From Dudresnaya verticillata (Eukaryota): a stretch of DNA of 64,000 nt. Shown here one piece after another: positions 11,623 to 23,771 of the stretch. Below the pieces are notes generated by a model. It had not been told where the DNA came from. It searched no databases and saw only the letters and a list, made by a program, of their open reading frames with translations. Each line of letters begins with the position of its first letter. The stretch's first letter is position 1. Made by a program: the position numbers and the translations under genes. Location of the stretch: the NCBI GenBank assembly GCA_977862235.1, contig OZ374559.1:248001-312000 (forward strand), read 5' to 3'.

Positions 11623-13143
11623 CGCAGCCAGATTCCTAGGGCCCTTGGTTCGTTCGCAAAATTCAGAGAGATGTTTGGGGGCCGAGAGTTCGTGCACGCA
11701 ACGGAACGGGTGCACGCCGGTTGCCGAGGGTGCAGTTGTCCGGAGCTGCAGATTTGGAGGGCAGGGCTTGAGAGAGGCTCAAAGGCTTCCGCGCAGTGCA
11801 CTCGGTGCTGATCAGAGCCAGCAGCAATTTCACCATTGACGGCTAAGGCGGGCCGTAATGGGTTGAAATTAAGAAAAAATAGCCGTAATAGTGCTCAATT
11901 TGTTGTGGTTGGCTTGCTCCGGAGCTCCGGCGCCAAACTCCTTCCTCCACTACCATCACTACTCATCCTCACGCGCGAGCGCGCGCGCGAGAGAGAGAGA
12001 GAGCGAGAGAGAGCATGGAGCATGGAGCATGGAGCCCCTGGCGGAAGGTTCCAAATCGTTGAGCGCGCGCTGGGTTCGCAGGAGGGATTGGGAATGTCGA
12101 AAGATGCAAGCGGACTAGCAGCATATGGTCGGCTGGAAGCTGCAGTAGGGAGGCGACGGCGGAAAAGTTCTGATTTTAAACAGGGCTGATCGCTTTCCTG
12201 CGAGGTTTATATCCAGCTGCGGAGTTGAAGGTCGTGGACGTGTACGGATCTGGCAGCACGGAGTTGCTGAGCGTTGGAGAAGGAGAAGTTGTTCGGAGTT
12301 CGTATCATAGCAATTGTGACATTGGCTGCCCAGCGGTGAGCATCATCGTCTGTATTGCAGGGATTTTGGGCGGGGAGTTGGGGATGTGCATACATTACCG
12401 AACCGTACAAAGACGGTCACGTGGTATGGGACAGAAAAGTTGAGACGAAGCGGGTGGTACGGGGTGCAGGGGCTTTGCCCGGGCTTCAATCTCTTTGAGC
12501 TTTTTGTCAATGCATTATTCTAGCAGAATTATTGTGTGGATGTGTTCGGAAGTGTAGACTACAGGAGCAATGAGGGCAGCCAAGGCCGGGAACCTTCGGA
12601 GTATCTGTACCACCCGATGTTCTTGAGCGTACCGAACGAACCGTAGGAGGACATCGAGAGTGCACATTAACGGAGAAACGAAGTGATCTTTCAAGGTAGC
12701 ATACGATGTTCCAAGAGCGGTGGTGCGATGCGAAAGAGCGGGGTGAGATGCAACGACGGATAGTCATTGGCATGAATTGTATGTGTCGTATGGTATCAAG
12801 CGATTTGGACGCTGCTGCGGCATCGATGTGGTTGGTTTGTCTCGCGAAAAACTTTCAATGGCTGAGTTCTCTCCTTTATCGTGCTCCTAACATGGGTCGT
12901 TTTACCGTTGAATTGGGCCTTTGAGAAGTCGTCCGAAACCCATCGCCACCGACCTTCTACGCAGCCGTTGTTCAGAGACTAAGCAGCGTCATGCGATTGA
13001 TCCGTAATTGATCCGTGAATGCGGATGATGCGGACGCTCCTTGGCTGCGATCAGTTTTCAACTGGCTCAACTGGAGCACGCCGTCAGACTGCTGTACTCA
13101 ACCTTCAGTCCTCTCGCGTATCACGCTCCGAAGGGGTCTGTTG

Positions 13144-13482
13144 TCATCCTGACGGCGCGACGTCCGACAAACATTGAGCATGTTGACGAAGATCTGAAGA
13201 CGGTGCTAGAATCTCTCGGAGCACCGAACTCGGAGGCCGAACTTTCACGGCATTAGAGGAGAAGACGTTGTAGCGCTTGCGTAACACAGCCAATTCCATG
13301 TCCCCTGCCCATCGGTGCGCAGAATCGTCAGTTTGGCGGGGATTGTACAGGGATTGAGAACATGTATTCGTTCCAAAACGGTAGACAGGCGGCCATGTGG
13401 TCAGGGAGCAGCGGTGCTGGGTATATCGGGTGGTATTGGGTATCGGGTGGCATTGGGTACTTTGTCTTGGCGCAGGCGGCAT
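13144..13482 (-). pseudogene. Diverged paralog of the coding remnant in the RPL3 upstream region
   Basis: SLTTWPPVYRFG...YNPRQTDDSAHRWAGDMELAVLR resembles SLTT*PSLYG...HNPYNTDDDAHRWAANVxIAxIR at 3100-3240, 12300-12450 and 52500-52630. Confidence 0.5.
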
Positions 13483-15124
13483 ACGCTCTGAGCTATTCGT
13501 AGATTCGTTTGCAAGCCGCTTCTATTATGAGGGAGAAGCGCGGGAAGCCGAGCTTGGAAGCCTTCGGAGTATCATCCGAAATGGTCAAGCGTGCAACGAA
13601 CCCTGAGATCTCGTCAAGAGTTCACACTAGCGGGGAAACGAAACGAGCTTTCGTTGTAGCATATGATGACCCCAGGACGGTGGCGCGATATTAATGAGTA
13701 TTGTGCAATGCCCCTCCGGGTTGCACGTGATAGTCCTTGGAACAAGTTTTATGGGTCGCATGGTGACTCGCGATTGGTCTCGGCTTCAATATCGGTGAGC
13801 TTGGGGTTGTCTTGCGGTAAACGTTCAAGGAACGCGTTCTATCGCGTGTCGTGCTCCTGATACGGGCCATTCTACGGCTCAATTGGGTCCTTGCACTATT
13901 GCCCGAAACCCATACCGCGTATTCTATCCTCTGAGCTGTACTTGTTCAGAGGCGTATTATCGTCATGGATGGTACAGATAGACTTGTTCAGGTACCCTCT
14001 TTCGACACCATCCTTGTACCATGAGCTCTTAATGGCTCTGCTAATCGCATTTTACATAGCGGAAAAGGACACAACATGCGTAGAGCACGCGATGGCATGA
14101 CAATGAACGGAGGATAGGAGTAAACGCGCATTTTATACACAGCTCAGCAATGTAATGGGAAGGCAGAGGGTGTGTGAAAACATGCGTCGCGATTTGGGCA
14201 AGGATAGGGAGAGACGGGTGCAGAAGGTAATGAGAGGCGCCAAACCAGGACTAAAATGCAGACACATCGAGACTTGACTTACCCTTGTTGCCTTCATCAT
14301 TCGACGCCTCCTTGAATCCAACTTGGGAGAGGAGATGCTGCCATGTGTTTCAACAAGTCATCCTGACCAAGCCACAGCGATCACTGGTACTTCAGGCACG
14401 GACTGTGGGAGTGGGGCGATGACAAGAAAGATGACGCCGTTGAGAAGGAAAACTTCTCCTCAGGTTATGGGCGTTCTACCGAAAGAGCTTCGCCTCCTCG
14501 CCGGCCGATATCAATCGGCCTGATCTAAATATTCAAAGTTCCTCCAAAGGTCAGCATCATCACCAGTTGATCCGTTCTAGGCCTCAAACGATTTGAGGCC
14601 TTTGGACATTTTGGCCGTTTACGGTTGTATGCGCCGAGACGGCCGCCGCGGCGTCTTCTGGTCGGCAAAGGGTGAGAACGGCCGTCAATTTTGTGTTCTT
14701 TAAAATAAAGGTCTCCTCTCTCTCTTAATTTTGTGCCTGAATTCAGAATCTGCAATGTACTGTAAGCAGGTATATCTTTGAAATAGCGTGGAAGCGGAAA
14801 ACGTTTTGTATGTGTGTGCGCCGGGCCGCGCCGCGCCGCGCAACGCCCCGACCCTTGATCCGTACTTCGGTATGCTCGCGCTCGCTCCGAGTACCCTACC
14901 GTGCCCTTCCCTCTTCACGCGCTGTCCTTACCGGTGCCAGAGCCTTTGGTGTACGCGCAAGCCTTTTTCCAGCTGCTTCTCCGTTTTCGCCCACCTGCTT
15001 CTTCCGACTGCCTCAAGCTTGTGTCTGATCACGTTGACCGGTCGTTGTGCGTTCTGCACCAAGCGAGACCCCCTCTTGAAACGTCCCTTATAAGTGGACG
15101 ACACCATCCTGGGAACGCCCAACC

Positions 15125-18100
15125 ATGCCGACCCCTCGTGAACTTCACGAGTCTTCCTCGCGTAACCCGCGACGCACTGGGAGACGTATCGGTCACATCC
15201 CCTCGCCCATGGAAGAATTCTACGTGTCGAAGGAGATTTCTGGTCCTCGAAGCAACACCAGACGCACTGCCCCCGCCTCCGCGCCCACAGTTCAAGCAGT
15301 GTCGAATACTGCTCCGCAATGCAAGAAAAAGCACGCCGCGGCCACATCCAAGATTGATTGCCTTCAATGCACCGCCAGACGTGCCGGCCGTATACATATG
15401 ACAGAAGAGTACGTCTCGCAGGTTCATGAGCCAACCACCGCCAGAGGTGCTGTCCACGAACCCATGGAAGAGATTCAGCCCGAGCTTCCTGACACACGCC
15501 GTACCACTAGAGGCACCAAGCCTGTACCGATGGAAAAGGAGGAGCTGTACATTCCTGACCCACATCTCAACGCTGTTATACCCTTCCATATGCCCGCGGA
15601 AGAGCGAGAGTCCTACGTTCCTGACTCGCAACTCACCCCCAGAATCCTCTTCCACAAGCGCATACGAAAAAGTGAGACAGAGGATCTTGATACAGACCCG
15701 ACTGCCAGTCAAACCATTCTTGGTACCACCAGACGTACCAAACGTGTAACCAGGGCAAGGAAAGGGTTCAAAATTCCTAATTCGCGACGCACCGCTCGAG
15801 ACGCCGTGCACGTATCCGTACAAGAGAGCGAGGCCCAGGTTCCTGACTGGCGACCTACCGCCGAAAACCTTGGCGGCACGCACATGGCAGGGCGAGAGTC
15901 GCAGATTCCTGACCAGCGACTCATCGACACATGTACAGACCCCTCACCCACGGAAGGACGCGCACAGAAGGTTGGTGATGATGTCGAGATCTGGTGGTGC
16001 TCAGAAAAGACCTTCTATCGCGGTCGCTTGACCTGCAATGTTAAAGACGAGATATACACAATTATGTATGAGGATGGCTTCTTGGAGAGCCTGGATCTTA
16101 ATCAGCACCACTGGAGGTATGCCACTTCTCCCTTCCGTGGTGTGAAGACTCACCCGCCACCCTCGGTCCCAACGGAAGAGAAGGCTGAGATTGGTCAATT
16201 TGTCGAAGGGGTTCTGGATGGAGACGATATGGATATGCCCCCTGTTCCGACCCAGAAGTCAGGGAAAAAGAGCAACAAGAAGAAGAATATCAAGACGATG
16301 AAGAGAAAGAACTTATTTGAGAACAAGAAGAATAAGAATACCAAAAATGTCGCTACTGCTACCCGTACCACTAACGCAACCACTACAGCTACCGTATTAG
16401 CTGTAGATGGGCAACAGTGGGATCAAGGATCGATTGAACTTCCTAGAACACCTGGATGTATTTCTCAATCCATCGGAAAAGTTGCCGAACTGGACGAGGA
16501 TTGCATAATCTTGTCCGCTTCGAAGCATTCGGTTACACGCGCGTCTGCCTCGAAGCCTGGAGACAGTATGCCTAGTGGACGTGCGTCTACACATGATTCC
16601 TCTGAGGATATCAATACTGCACAGAGAGCATGTCTGAAGACTCCGACGGCACACGACGATGCGAGTCCCTGCAAGAAATGCTCATCAGCGAAAGCTATAG
16701 CTTTGAGATCTTCGAAGGCCTTGGCCACCGCAGTCCTTGAGCTAAAAATCGCGCCTAGGAAGGAACATGTTATTCCCGGGATAAACAGCACTGGAGCAAG
16801 CGCTGAACAGAAATGCTTCTGTAAGAGGGCCAAGGCAAGCAAGGGAGTACAAAACAAGCCGACTATGCAGAACATTTACAGTGACAGGTGCGCTCATGGG
16901 AGCGGCTCAAGGATTGGAACTGTTACGAGCGCGCAGGTCGATTGCCCTATTGCGGAAAATGGGAAGAGTCCAACTGAGTTGCCCAATTTGGTTTCGAAAA
17001 GAGCTGATTCGAACATTCCTGCTTGCCGGAAGAATTCACAATCCCCGTCAGAGAACGACCAGGATCCGACCACTGTGGAACTAGATGAGGGCCATGATGC
17101 GCAACACGCCCATATTTCGTTGTTGGCCAATCGCAGGAAAGACAAACCGATGGTGTCCCGTCGAGCGAATGAGACCCTAGGTGCTGAACCGGGCCCGGTC
17201 ATCTCACTCGCTGTGTCGAACTTCAGTGGTGCGTCCAACCCCAACACGACCAGGAACTGCATAGTGCCAGTTCCCGCCGCCAAGAGCTTCAAAATGCTCA
17301 CCACGCGAAACCGTAACAAGACGAAAGGTATTTTGAGTAGGCGTGGGGACCTTCCACAGCCACTGAAGATGGGTGGGGCGCCCTCTGAGATTGCCAAGGA
17401 TACATCGGGAGATGCTGACCCCAGTACCATTCGCAGAGTGAGATTCAGTGCGACAGCAGGAGCGAAGAATAGAAGAGGGTCACCGAAGTGGCAGCCAGCA
17501 GAACTGAACGCCATGGGTCCATTTGGGTCTGTTCCTAACCAAGTCAAAGGTCCGGAAAGTATCAACAGGACTATTGACAATACTGGAGACCCAAATAATG
17601 TGGCTATTCAAGGACAAAAGCATGTCAGAACCAATGGGAATGATGCCGATGATGGAAACGCTCTAGAAGTACCCGAGAGGGCAAGCAAAAGGGTGCGAAC
17701 TGGTACTGAGGGACATCAGGATTCAAGGGCACATGAAAATCTAGGCATTGTGAAGGACAACGGAGAGAACGCATCTCAGCAGAAGGTTTCCCAAACGGAC
17801 TCAGCCATTGAGCTTGAACCGATGCATCGCAAAGTGGAATCTTTTATTACGGAAGTTGATGGTCTCATCAGTCTTTGCAGTAGTTTGACAAAAGAGGTTG
17901 AATCATTCGAAACATCAATGCACTTCGTCAAGCTCATGGAGTTACTCCAAGGACGCTCTCATTCGCATATTGTACTAGCAGAATGGACAAAGTCCATCCA
18001 TGAGAGCACCCAAGAAATAGCACTGACATTGGAGAAAAGTGTGAAGGAGGTAATGGATGGCATTTTACCGCAAGTCGAAGCTGCAGTTCGCGATCAGCAA

Positions 18101-18157
18101 GTTACAGAAGCAGTTGAGCGAGAAGTTGATGAAGCCCCCTTGAAGCAGACGGATTAA
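15125..18157 (+). CDS. 1010-aa protein: N-terminal ~22-aa repeats, Tudor/Agenet-like domain, Lys-rich patch, disordered linker, C-terminal helical/coiled-coil domain
   Basis: Uninterrupted 3 kb ORF. KVGDDVEIWWCSEKTFYRGRL...YTIMYEDGFLESLDLNQHHWRY (~15965-16120) follows the plant PDS5/MSH6-type Tudor pattern VGxx(I/V)xVWWxxDxxFYxG...YDDGxxExLxL...W. Confidence 0.8.
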   Translation: MPTPRELHESSSRNPRRTGRRIGHIPSPMEEFYVSKEISGPRSNTRRTAPASAPTVQAVSNTAPQCKKKHAAATSKIDCLQCTARRAGRIHMTEEYVSQVHEPTTARGAVHEPMEEIQPELPDTRRTTRGTKPVPMEKEELYIPDPHLNAVIPFHMPAEERESYVPDSQLTPRILFHKRIRKSETEDLDTDPTASQTILGTTRRTKRVTRARKGFKIPNSRRTARDAVHVSVQESEAQVPDWRPTAENLGGTHMAGRESQIPDQRLIDTCTDPSPTEGRAQKVGDDVEIWWCSEKTFYRGRLTCNVKDEIYTIMYEDGFLESLDLNQHHWRYATSPFRGVKTHPPPSVPTEEKAEIGQFVEGVLDGDDMDMPPVPTQKSGKKSNKKKNIKTMKRKNLFENKKNKNTKNVATATRTTNATTTATVLAVDGQQWDQGSIELPRTPGCISQSIGKVAELDEDCIILSASKHSVTRASASKPGDSMPSGRASTHDSSEDINTAQRACLKTPTAHDDASPCKKCSSAKAIALRSSKALATAVLELKIAPRKEHVIPGINSTGASAEQKCFCKRAKASKGVQNKPTMQNIYSDRCAHGSGSRIGTVTSAQVDCPIAENGKSPTELPNLVSKRADSNIPACRKNSQSPSENDQDPTTVELDEGHDAQHAHISLLANRRKDKPMVSRRANETLGAEPGPVISLAVSNFSGASNPNTTRNCIVPVPAAKSFKMLTTRNRNKTKGILSRRGDLPQPLKMGGAPSEIAKDTSGDADPSTIRRVRFSATAGAKNRRGSPKWQPAELNAMGPFGSVPNQVKGPESINRTIDNTGDPNNVAIQGQKHVRTNGNDADDGNALEVPERASKRVRTGTEGHQDSRAHENLGIVKDNGENASQQKVSQTDSAIELEPMHRKVESFITEVDGLISLCSSLTKEVESFETSMHFVKLMELLQGRSHSHIVLAEWTKSIHESTQEIALTLEKSVKEVMDGILPQVEAAVRDQQVTEAVEREVDEAPLKQTD

Positions 18158-19239
18158 GATGTAGCTGACGTAGAGGCTAATCTTGGTTTGGCGGAGCAGA
18201 GGCATGTACTGGAAACCCTCATCCTAAGCTCTCGTTTGTGAGGAGATAAATCAAGCCACCCGCACTTTCGCCGAGAAGATGATATGTGCCGTGTCGTCAT
18301 TATTGGATTGTTCTCTCAAGTTCTGCCCGTGGTCAATTGATTGCTCATCCATAGAGACTCCACGTTGCTTCCCGGCAATGGCGGCCGAAATGACCCGTCG
18401 CCGTTGAGATACGGACGCTTCCTGGTTTCTTACATGTGGGTGGGATTGCGACGAACGCAAAGGCATCCTACATCTGGTTACTATGGAAGTTCTTCGACTG
18501 TATTCACTGAGCAGACCGAGAGGACTACACGTGCCTCCTGTGCCTTGCAAATTTCTTCCCTTTCCCTTTCGCCCCTTCAAAATTTCCCTCTTCTACCGGC
18601 AGGAACAATAAACGTGGGCCGTAGTGGTTACTAACTTTGTCTTTTCCTAGCAGTGCCCCGCATGAGGCGAGAGTCGGCGTGGTCTGCGTGAAAAAAGCAC
18701 TCCCGTCGTTGTGGAACAGTCTTCGTCAGAGACCTCAAAAACAGGTGGGATGGCCCTCAAACCATCCATTGCTCTAGCAGTGGCCTTTTTTGCCTTGAGC
18801 CCTAACGTGTTCCCTCTACAGCAGCACTTGATTGTTGGGGAAGGCAACCAGGAGACGAGCACGATTCGATTCCTGGATAGCGATTCCCATGAGCACAACT
18901 CACTTCCTTCAATACGTAACGTACCTGCTGCGCCTGCAGCATGCAGCGTGAATTGAGGACCAGGACCAACTTTAGCGCACTCCTGTGGAGCTCATCATGC
19001 TGGATGTTCGCATAGATGTCAAAGAAGCTTCACTCACTTGTGTTGGAATGAAACGGATGCTTTGTATAGCCACATCGACCTGCCGAATGTTAGCCTTTGA
19101 AAGACTATGTGCCGGCAGCCGGAAACTTCGTGCATACAAGTCGCACGGGAAGGTGACAGCAAAGTTTTCTCAATGTCTAAGGTGAGCTTATGCGAGCAAC
19201 ATACTGTAGGCCTATTTAAAAGTTCACCAGCACATTTTG

Positions 19240-19580
19240 TTAAACAAGGGAAAGGGACAACGTGCCGGGATATGGGGCTAGGAGGGACTAGTAGCGCGTG
19301 GGGAGGTGAAGAGGGGTTTTGGAATCGGGAAATCCGCGGCGCAGAAGTTGAGGATAGCGGAGAGTGTGTGGACACCTTGACCAGGTAGAACTAGTGTGGA
19401 GTCGATGGATAGGTTGTGCAGTGCTCGGGCACGGGTGTGGAGGGCCTTGCGTACCTGCGGGGCATCTGGGTGGTAAAGGGAATGTGAAGAGGTGCCATAT
19501 TATGGCGAGGAGGCGGTCCTGATAGTCAGGGCGCATCAGGGAAACGGGCGTACCGCTGAGCGGGGTAGACTCCGACAGGT
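19240..19580 (-). mobile_element. LINE 3' region fragment
   Basis: PDYQDRLLAIIWHLFTFP matches PDLRDRLLAIRWHLCTFP at the C-terminus of the LINE ORF at 48840-50085; inverted paralog of 50230-50592. Confidence 0.7.
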
Positions 19581-19900
19581 CGGAACCTAGCGCCGGAGCT
19601 GCGGTAAATTCTTGCGTGACTGCATTCACTGAAGCACAGCAAGCCCGAAATCTTCAGACATTTTGCCGTGTGTGCCAGGTGGAGCTCAAAGAAATGCAGG
19701 AAGTGGCTCTTGCTTATCTCACCCGGGAAATGACGAGGAGAGTTCCGAGATGACCGTACCTTTCGAGGGGTCTGTACACGGTGCAGCGCAGGAAAAGTGC
19801 AATAGACCAGCACGGCTGTCACTAACCACTCAGTTCCATCTTCGAACGAGCAAGAGAGGTAACATTACGGAGCATATTCAGCACTGCTGAGGTGCGCACC

Positions 19901-20476
19901 TGAGATGGTAAGCCTCAACACCGCCCTAGGCGCAGCTATACCGTCTCGGACGGACTTCTACCGCCCTCGGCGTTTCGCCGCCAACGGCGTTCAAGATCTG
20001 AATTCGGGCGCGAATTCGCTCGCACTTCCCAGGAAATATCTCAAAGCCGGTTTCCTACGAGTGACACGCGGCACACGCGGTACATGCGGACACGGTGCAC
20101 ACTCGGCACCAGCCGAACCGCAACCGGGCCAACATGCGGCCAACCAAATCATGTGACACGCTTCTGTAAGCACGACAAGTACCCACGTGTAGGTGTAATC
20201 ATCCTCTTTACGTGCGCCGTGGTATAGACAAATCTTTCAAGCACGTGGGTGCATTCCAGCGCTCTTTTCAGACCCACGCTGGGACCACACGTGTCCTGCG
20301 TTCCCGTGCAGAGCAAAACCACCGGCATCGATCTATTAGTATCCGTATTACATAGGAAACCCGTACGGAGACGACTCAATAAACCCCCTCCAAGCCCGCC
20401 TGGCTTCAGACTTCGCCCCTTCGCATATTAGAGTCATTTCCGCCTACTTCGTGGGATATTCGACGCTAAGATCGCA
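19901..20476 (+). mobile_element. Probable 5' LTR followed by a PBS-like site
   Basis: Termini TGAGAT...ATCGCA (5/6 inverted match), internal AATAAA near 20378, followed by CTT-TGGCGTC. No partner LTR in the window. Confidence 0.45.
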
Positions 20477-21109
20477 CTTTGGCGTCAAGTTCCTTCCAGT
20501 ACGAGTACCTTTTCCAATTCTCATCCGAGAAGCTCGCGGTTCTCCACCCCCAACTCTCAATAACAGGCATCCTCGTTACGCTATTAGCGTGGGATACGTT
20601 TCGGAATACCACGCATACCCGTCTTTTCCGGCGTTACCGTGTCTTTTACCCCTTCTCTTTTTCCTCGTGCTTACGAAACTTACCGTTTCCCCTTCATCCG
20701 CCTCGGGCTTTTATAGTCCGCCCCTGGTATTTAGGTACGCGCTACCACAATTGCTGCCCTCGACGCTCACCCATCTGAGTAGAATTACCGCCGGGCTACT
20801 AACGGCCCGGTATTTGGTGTTATCCGTCCACGTCTTTTTGCACTACAGGGATACTTGGCCGCATCGGACCCAATCACAAGGAAGAACAAATTTATGGGCC
20901 CTCGAAAATATATCTGTGGGCATGCAGTTGAATCAGGGGACGTCACGGCCATGACAGAACGCATCCATCATATTTTGTATGGAAGGAGAATTCCACGTAA
21001 TAGCCTACTATTTAATACCGGGAGAAAGATGGAGAGCAAGGGGCTGGAGCCAAGTATAGGTCGGAACTAATATATGTGATGATTAAATGTAATGGGTTGT
21101 TTAAGGTGG

Positions 21110-21560
21110 TCCTACGCGGGCGACACGGGCCCTTTAGTAGGCACAACAGCCCTTGGGCCGAGTAGCGCTATAGCGCTAAGCATACTTGGTATCGTGACAG
21201 AGCACACCGCCGGGGATGGAACTCGTTCGGGGAGTGCGAGGAAGAGGTCTAGGGCGACCAGGGGGAGGGAAAGAAGTCTCGCAGAGACCGCGAATGTCAC
21301 GGATGGTGGTCGAGAAAGCAGTAAAATCAACAGTGGTCGGGTTGGCCTTCGACTACTTGCGGAGGGCCTGTGAGTGAGAACGGATGGTAGCGCGGTATTA
21401 TGGGCAGTGTGGTGGGATAAGGAAGGTGCAGAGGTGCCAGCGGTGGCAAGGAGCCGATCGTGGTAGTCAGGGAGGAATAGCGCAGGAGGGAGGGCATTTG
21501 GGCGCGGCACAGGCACAGGGCAGCAACCCGCAAGCGCATCTTCCCACTCCTTACGGTTCT
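21110..21560 (-). mobile_element. LINE 3' region fragment
   Basis: LPPALFLPDYHDRLLAT.. matches the same LINE C-terminal motif. Confidence 0.6.
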
Positions 21561-21574
21561 CCGTGAGAGAATCA

Positions 21575-21743
21575 TGTAGTGCCAGGAGGGGTCACCATTT
21601 TTCGCTTTCAAGCGGGTTGGTATGTCCGCGTCTACCGACGGGGGACCGCCAACGGCGCGCTCAACCCGTCCGCGGCGCAAACACGTCTACCCACCGGACT
21701 CCCGAACGGTCCGGAGGTGTCCGTCAACGACGTTTGCACTACA
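21575..21743. mobile_element. 169-bp internally deleted solo LTR (family X)
   Basis: TGTAGTGC...GCACTACA termini; both ends match the inverted ends of the LTR at 60689-61596; flanks AATCA/CATCA (4/5 TSD). Confidence 0.85.
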
Positions 21744-22318
21744 CATCAGCTTGGGGAGCGTTTATTGCAATAAACGTTGGAGGGAAGGGGTAGGGACTTT
21801 ATGGAGATCCTGTAGTGTCTTCTGGGCCTTCCAGGATGCACGGGATCCGGATGTCCTTGCCTTATTATAAGTATAGGTACCATAGACGGGGAGGTAGAAC
21901 TAAAGAAAAAGGGCATCGAGTCTAAGGAGTTGAGAGTTGCTTTATGCGGCTTGAGTGCGCTCGGTCAGGAACGTATCTACAATGCAACTTGGTGCTGCGT
22001 TTATTGAAGGACAGAAGATTAACACCGGTATCTTACAATAAGTTTCAACTTTTTGTGGAGACGAGACTAGGTGTCTCGTTGTACTTTTTATAAGACTGCG
22101 TACGGTGCCTGTACAAGGATATAAGATTTCTGGGCTAGGCTGAATTGCTTACCTATCGAAAAGAGTGAGGCTGGCACTCCAGGGGCGAGTAGGGTTTGAC
22201 TGTTTGTATTCAGGACAAGTTCAAGTCGTAGTATAAATCTTTAAAATGATAAATGCCGCCCAAGGACCTTACTGTAGCACAGAGCGTAGCTGCTGTTTAA
22301 CTTGAGCTGCAGGCAATC

Positions 22319-23042
22319 TGTGGTGTAGTGAAAACCCGCGAACTTCCGAAACGGACAGCCGGCCTGACTTTCCGTCACAGCACGAGAGCATCACTACCTC
22401 CACGAGGTGGTAGAGCACTTCGCACGGAGACGGTGGAACAGCGACCGGCTAAATGAAACTTATACTGGGAAGCAACAGACAAGGTAGTGGTGAAAGTGCC
22501 TGGCCGGACTCCGTAACGGTGGTGTTGGTCGACCAGATCGGGCCCGACGCGGATAAAACCGTAAAGGAAAGACCTACAGTGAGATTGAGGCTCAATGGTT
22601 GCTTGCCCGTTTACCCCAGGAGCCACTGCGGTGCCGGCCTGATATACAAGTCAGGGTGGCACCGAGCGGTCCGGTCCGTGTGGGCCAGACCCTAATGATC
22701 TGGACCCATGGTGGAATCAGCGATGCTGTTCCCAATCTCCGACACTGCAATTCGCAGCTTTCCCATTGGCAGGCGCGCTACTTTATATACTGCAAAGAGA
22801 TCCAAAAATAATAAATAAACACTATAAATACCCCGTTACGGTTGGTGCGCATCACTCCTGCACATCAATGCGCATCGGCGCGCAGCCATGCGCAGACCAC
22901 CGACACGGGTACACGTTCCCAGATCACCATCGTAGCGTCACGACAGTATCAGCGCCTTCGGTAGCGATACTGGTGCATTGGTGTCAAATCAGCCGTTACG
23001 GCTGGCTCCTCGTCGGCACTTTGCATAGATCACTTCACCACA
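22319..23042. mobile_element. Solo LTR (724 bp)
   Basis: Termini TGTGGTGTAGTG...CACTTCACCACA (11/12 inverted match); flanks CAATC/CAATG; internal AATAAA/TATAAA tract at ~22808-22830. Confidence 0.75.
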
Positions 23043-23253
23043 CAATGTAACAGGATGTTGGGGTAGCCGAGACCACTGTGTCTCATCTCAATGACCGCGT
23101 GGGAAACTCGAAGATGACGTGGCTAAAATGAGAATGGCGATATCATCAGGAAATCACAGCGAGCTGCTGAGGCTTCTAAACGGTCTCAATGTTGAAGAAA
23201 AGAACTGGGGGAACAAGAAGACCGGAAGAACTCGCATAAATGAATAAAATGAG

Positions 23254-23771
23254 TGTAATAGAGTGAAGGGCCTACAGAAGTGGGCCCTCTGCCCACGTGT
23301 ATGTGCCGAAATAGCGTTACGTATGGGGCGCCAGCAGGGACAAGACTAGTGGTCTATGATTGGTCCAAGTGTTACCCTGTAGGTCAGTAACTTAGTATCT
23401 GCCTATTTATTTAGAAACTATAGCGTAGGATAGGGGGCTTGTATATAGCCCAGTATGATTAGTCTTACCAGACCCTCCGAGTATCATATAAAGATATCTC
23501 CCGGCTCGGTCACTGTACAGTAAAGGTAAGCACCTTCCGGCACCAACCACGTCTCCAAGCCATCGGCACCGCCGCACACTAGGCACCCGTGCCCGGTTAA
23601 CCACCCGCCCAGTGAACTACCTTCAGTATCGTGCTTTCATTTAGGTCACATGCCCTCGTACACCCTCTGGGTTCCTCCCGCTCTACCACCGCTACCAGGT
23701 ACCCGCTCTTTGGCTTTCTCATTTAGTCTACTCTTTGAGTTCGCAAGAGACCCAAAAGGCACTTCCTTTCA
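23254..23771 (+). mobile_element. 5' LTR of Gypsy family Y
   Basis: TGTAATAGAG...CCTTTCA; homologous over its full length to 39073-39591. Confidence 0.88.

Larger units (their letters stand above)
8022..12508 (+). repeat. Left arm of ~4.5 kb inverted segmental duplication (truncated Tudor-gene paralog + RPL3 + upstream region)
   Basis: Reverse complement of 52421-56903; matching coordinates sum to ~64926 throughout (e.g. 10450/54476, 9316/55610, 8229/56697). Confidence 0.96.

Noticed and set aside
11623..11715. 31-aa N-terminal extension of RPL3 in the ORF track
   Set aside because: Starts at a GTG; the conserved eukaryotic start is MSHRKF at 11622 (53304 in the other copy).
10684..11811. 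375-aa ORF antisense to RPL3 (and mirror 53115-54242)
   Set aside because: Shadow ORF from GC-rich codon usage on the RPL3 strand; no recognisable domain.
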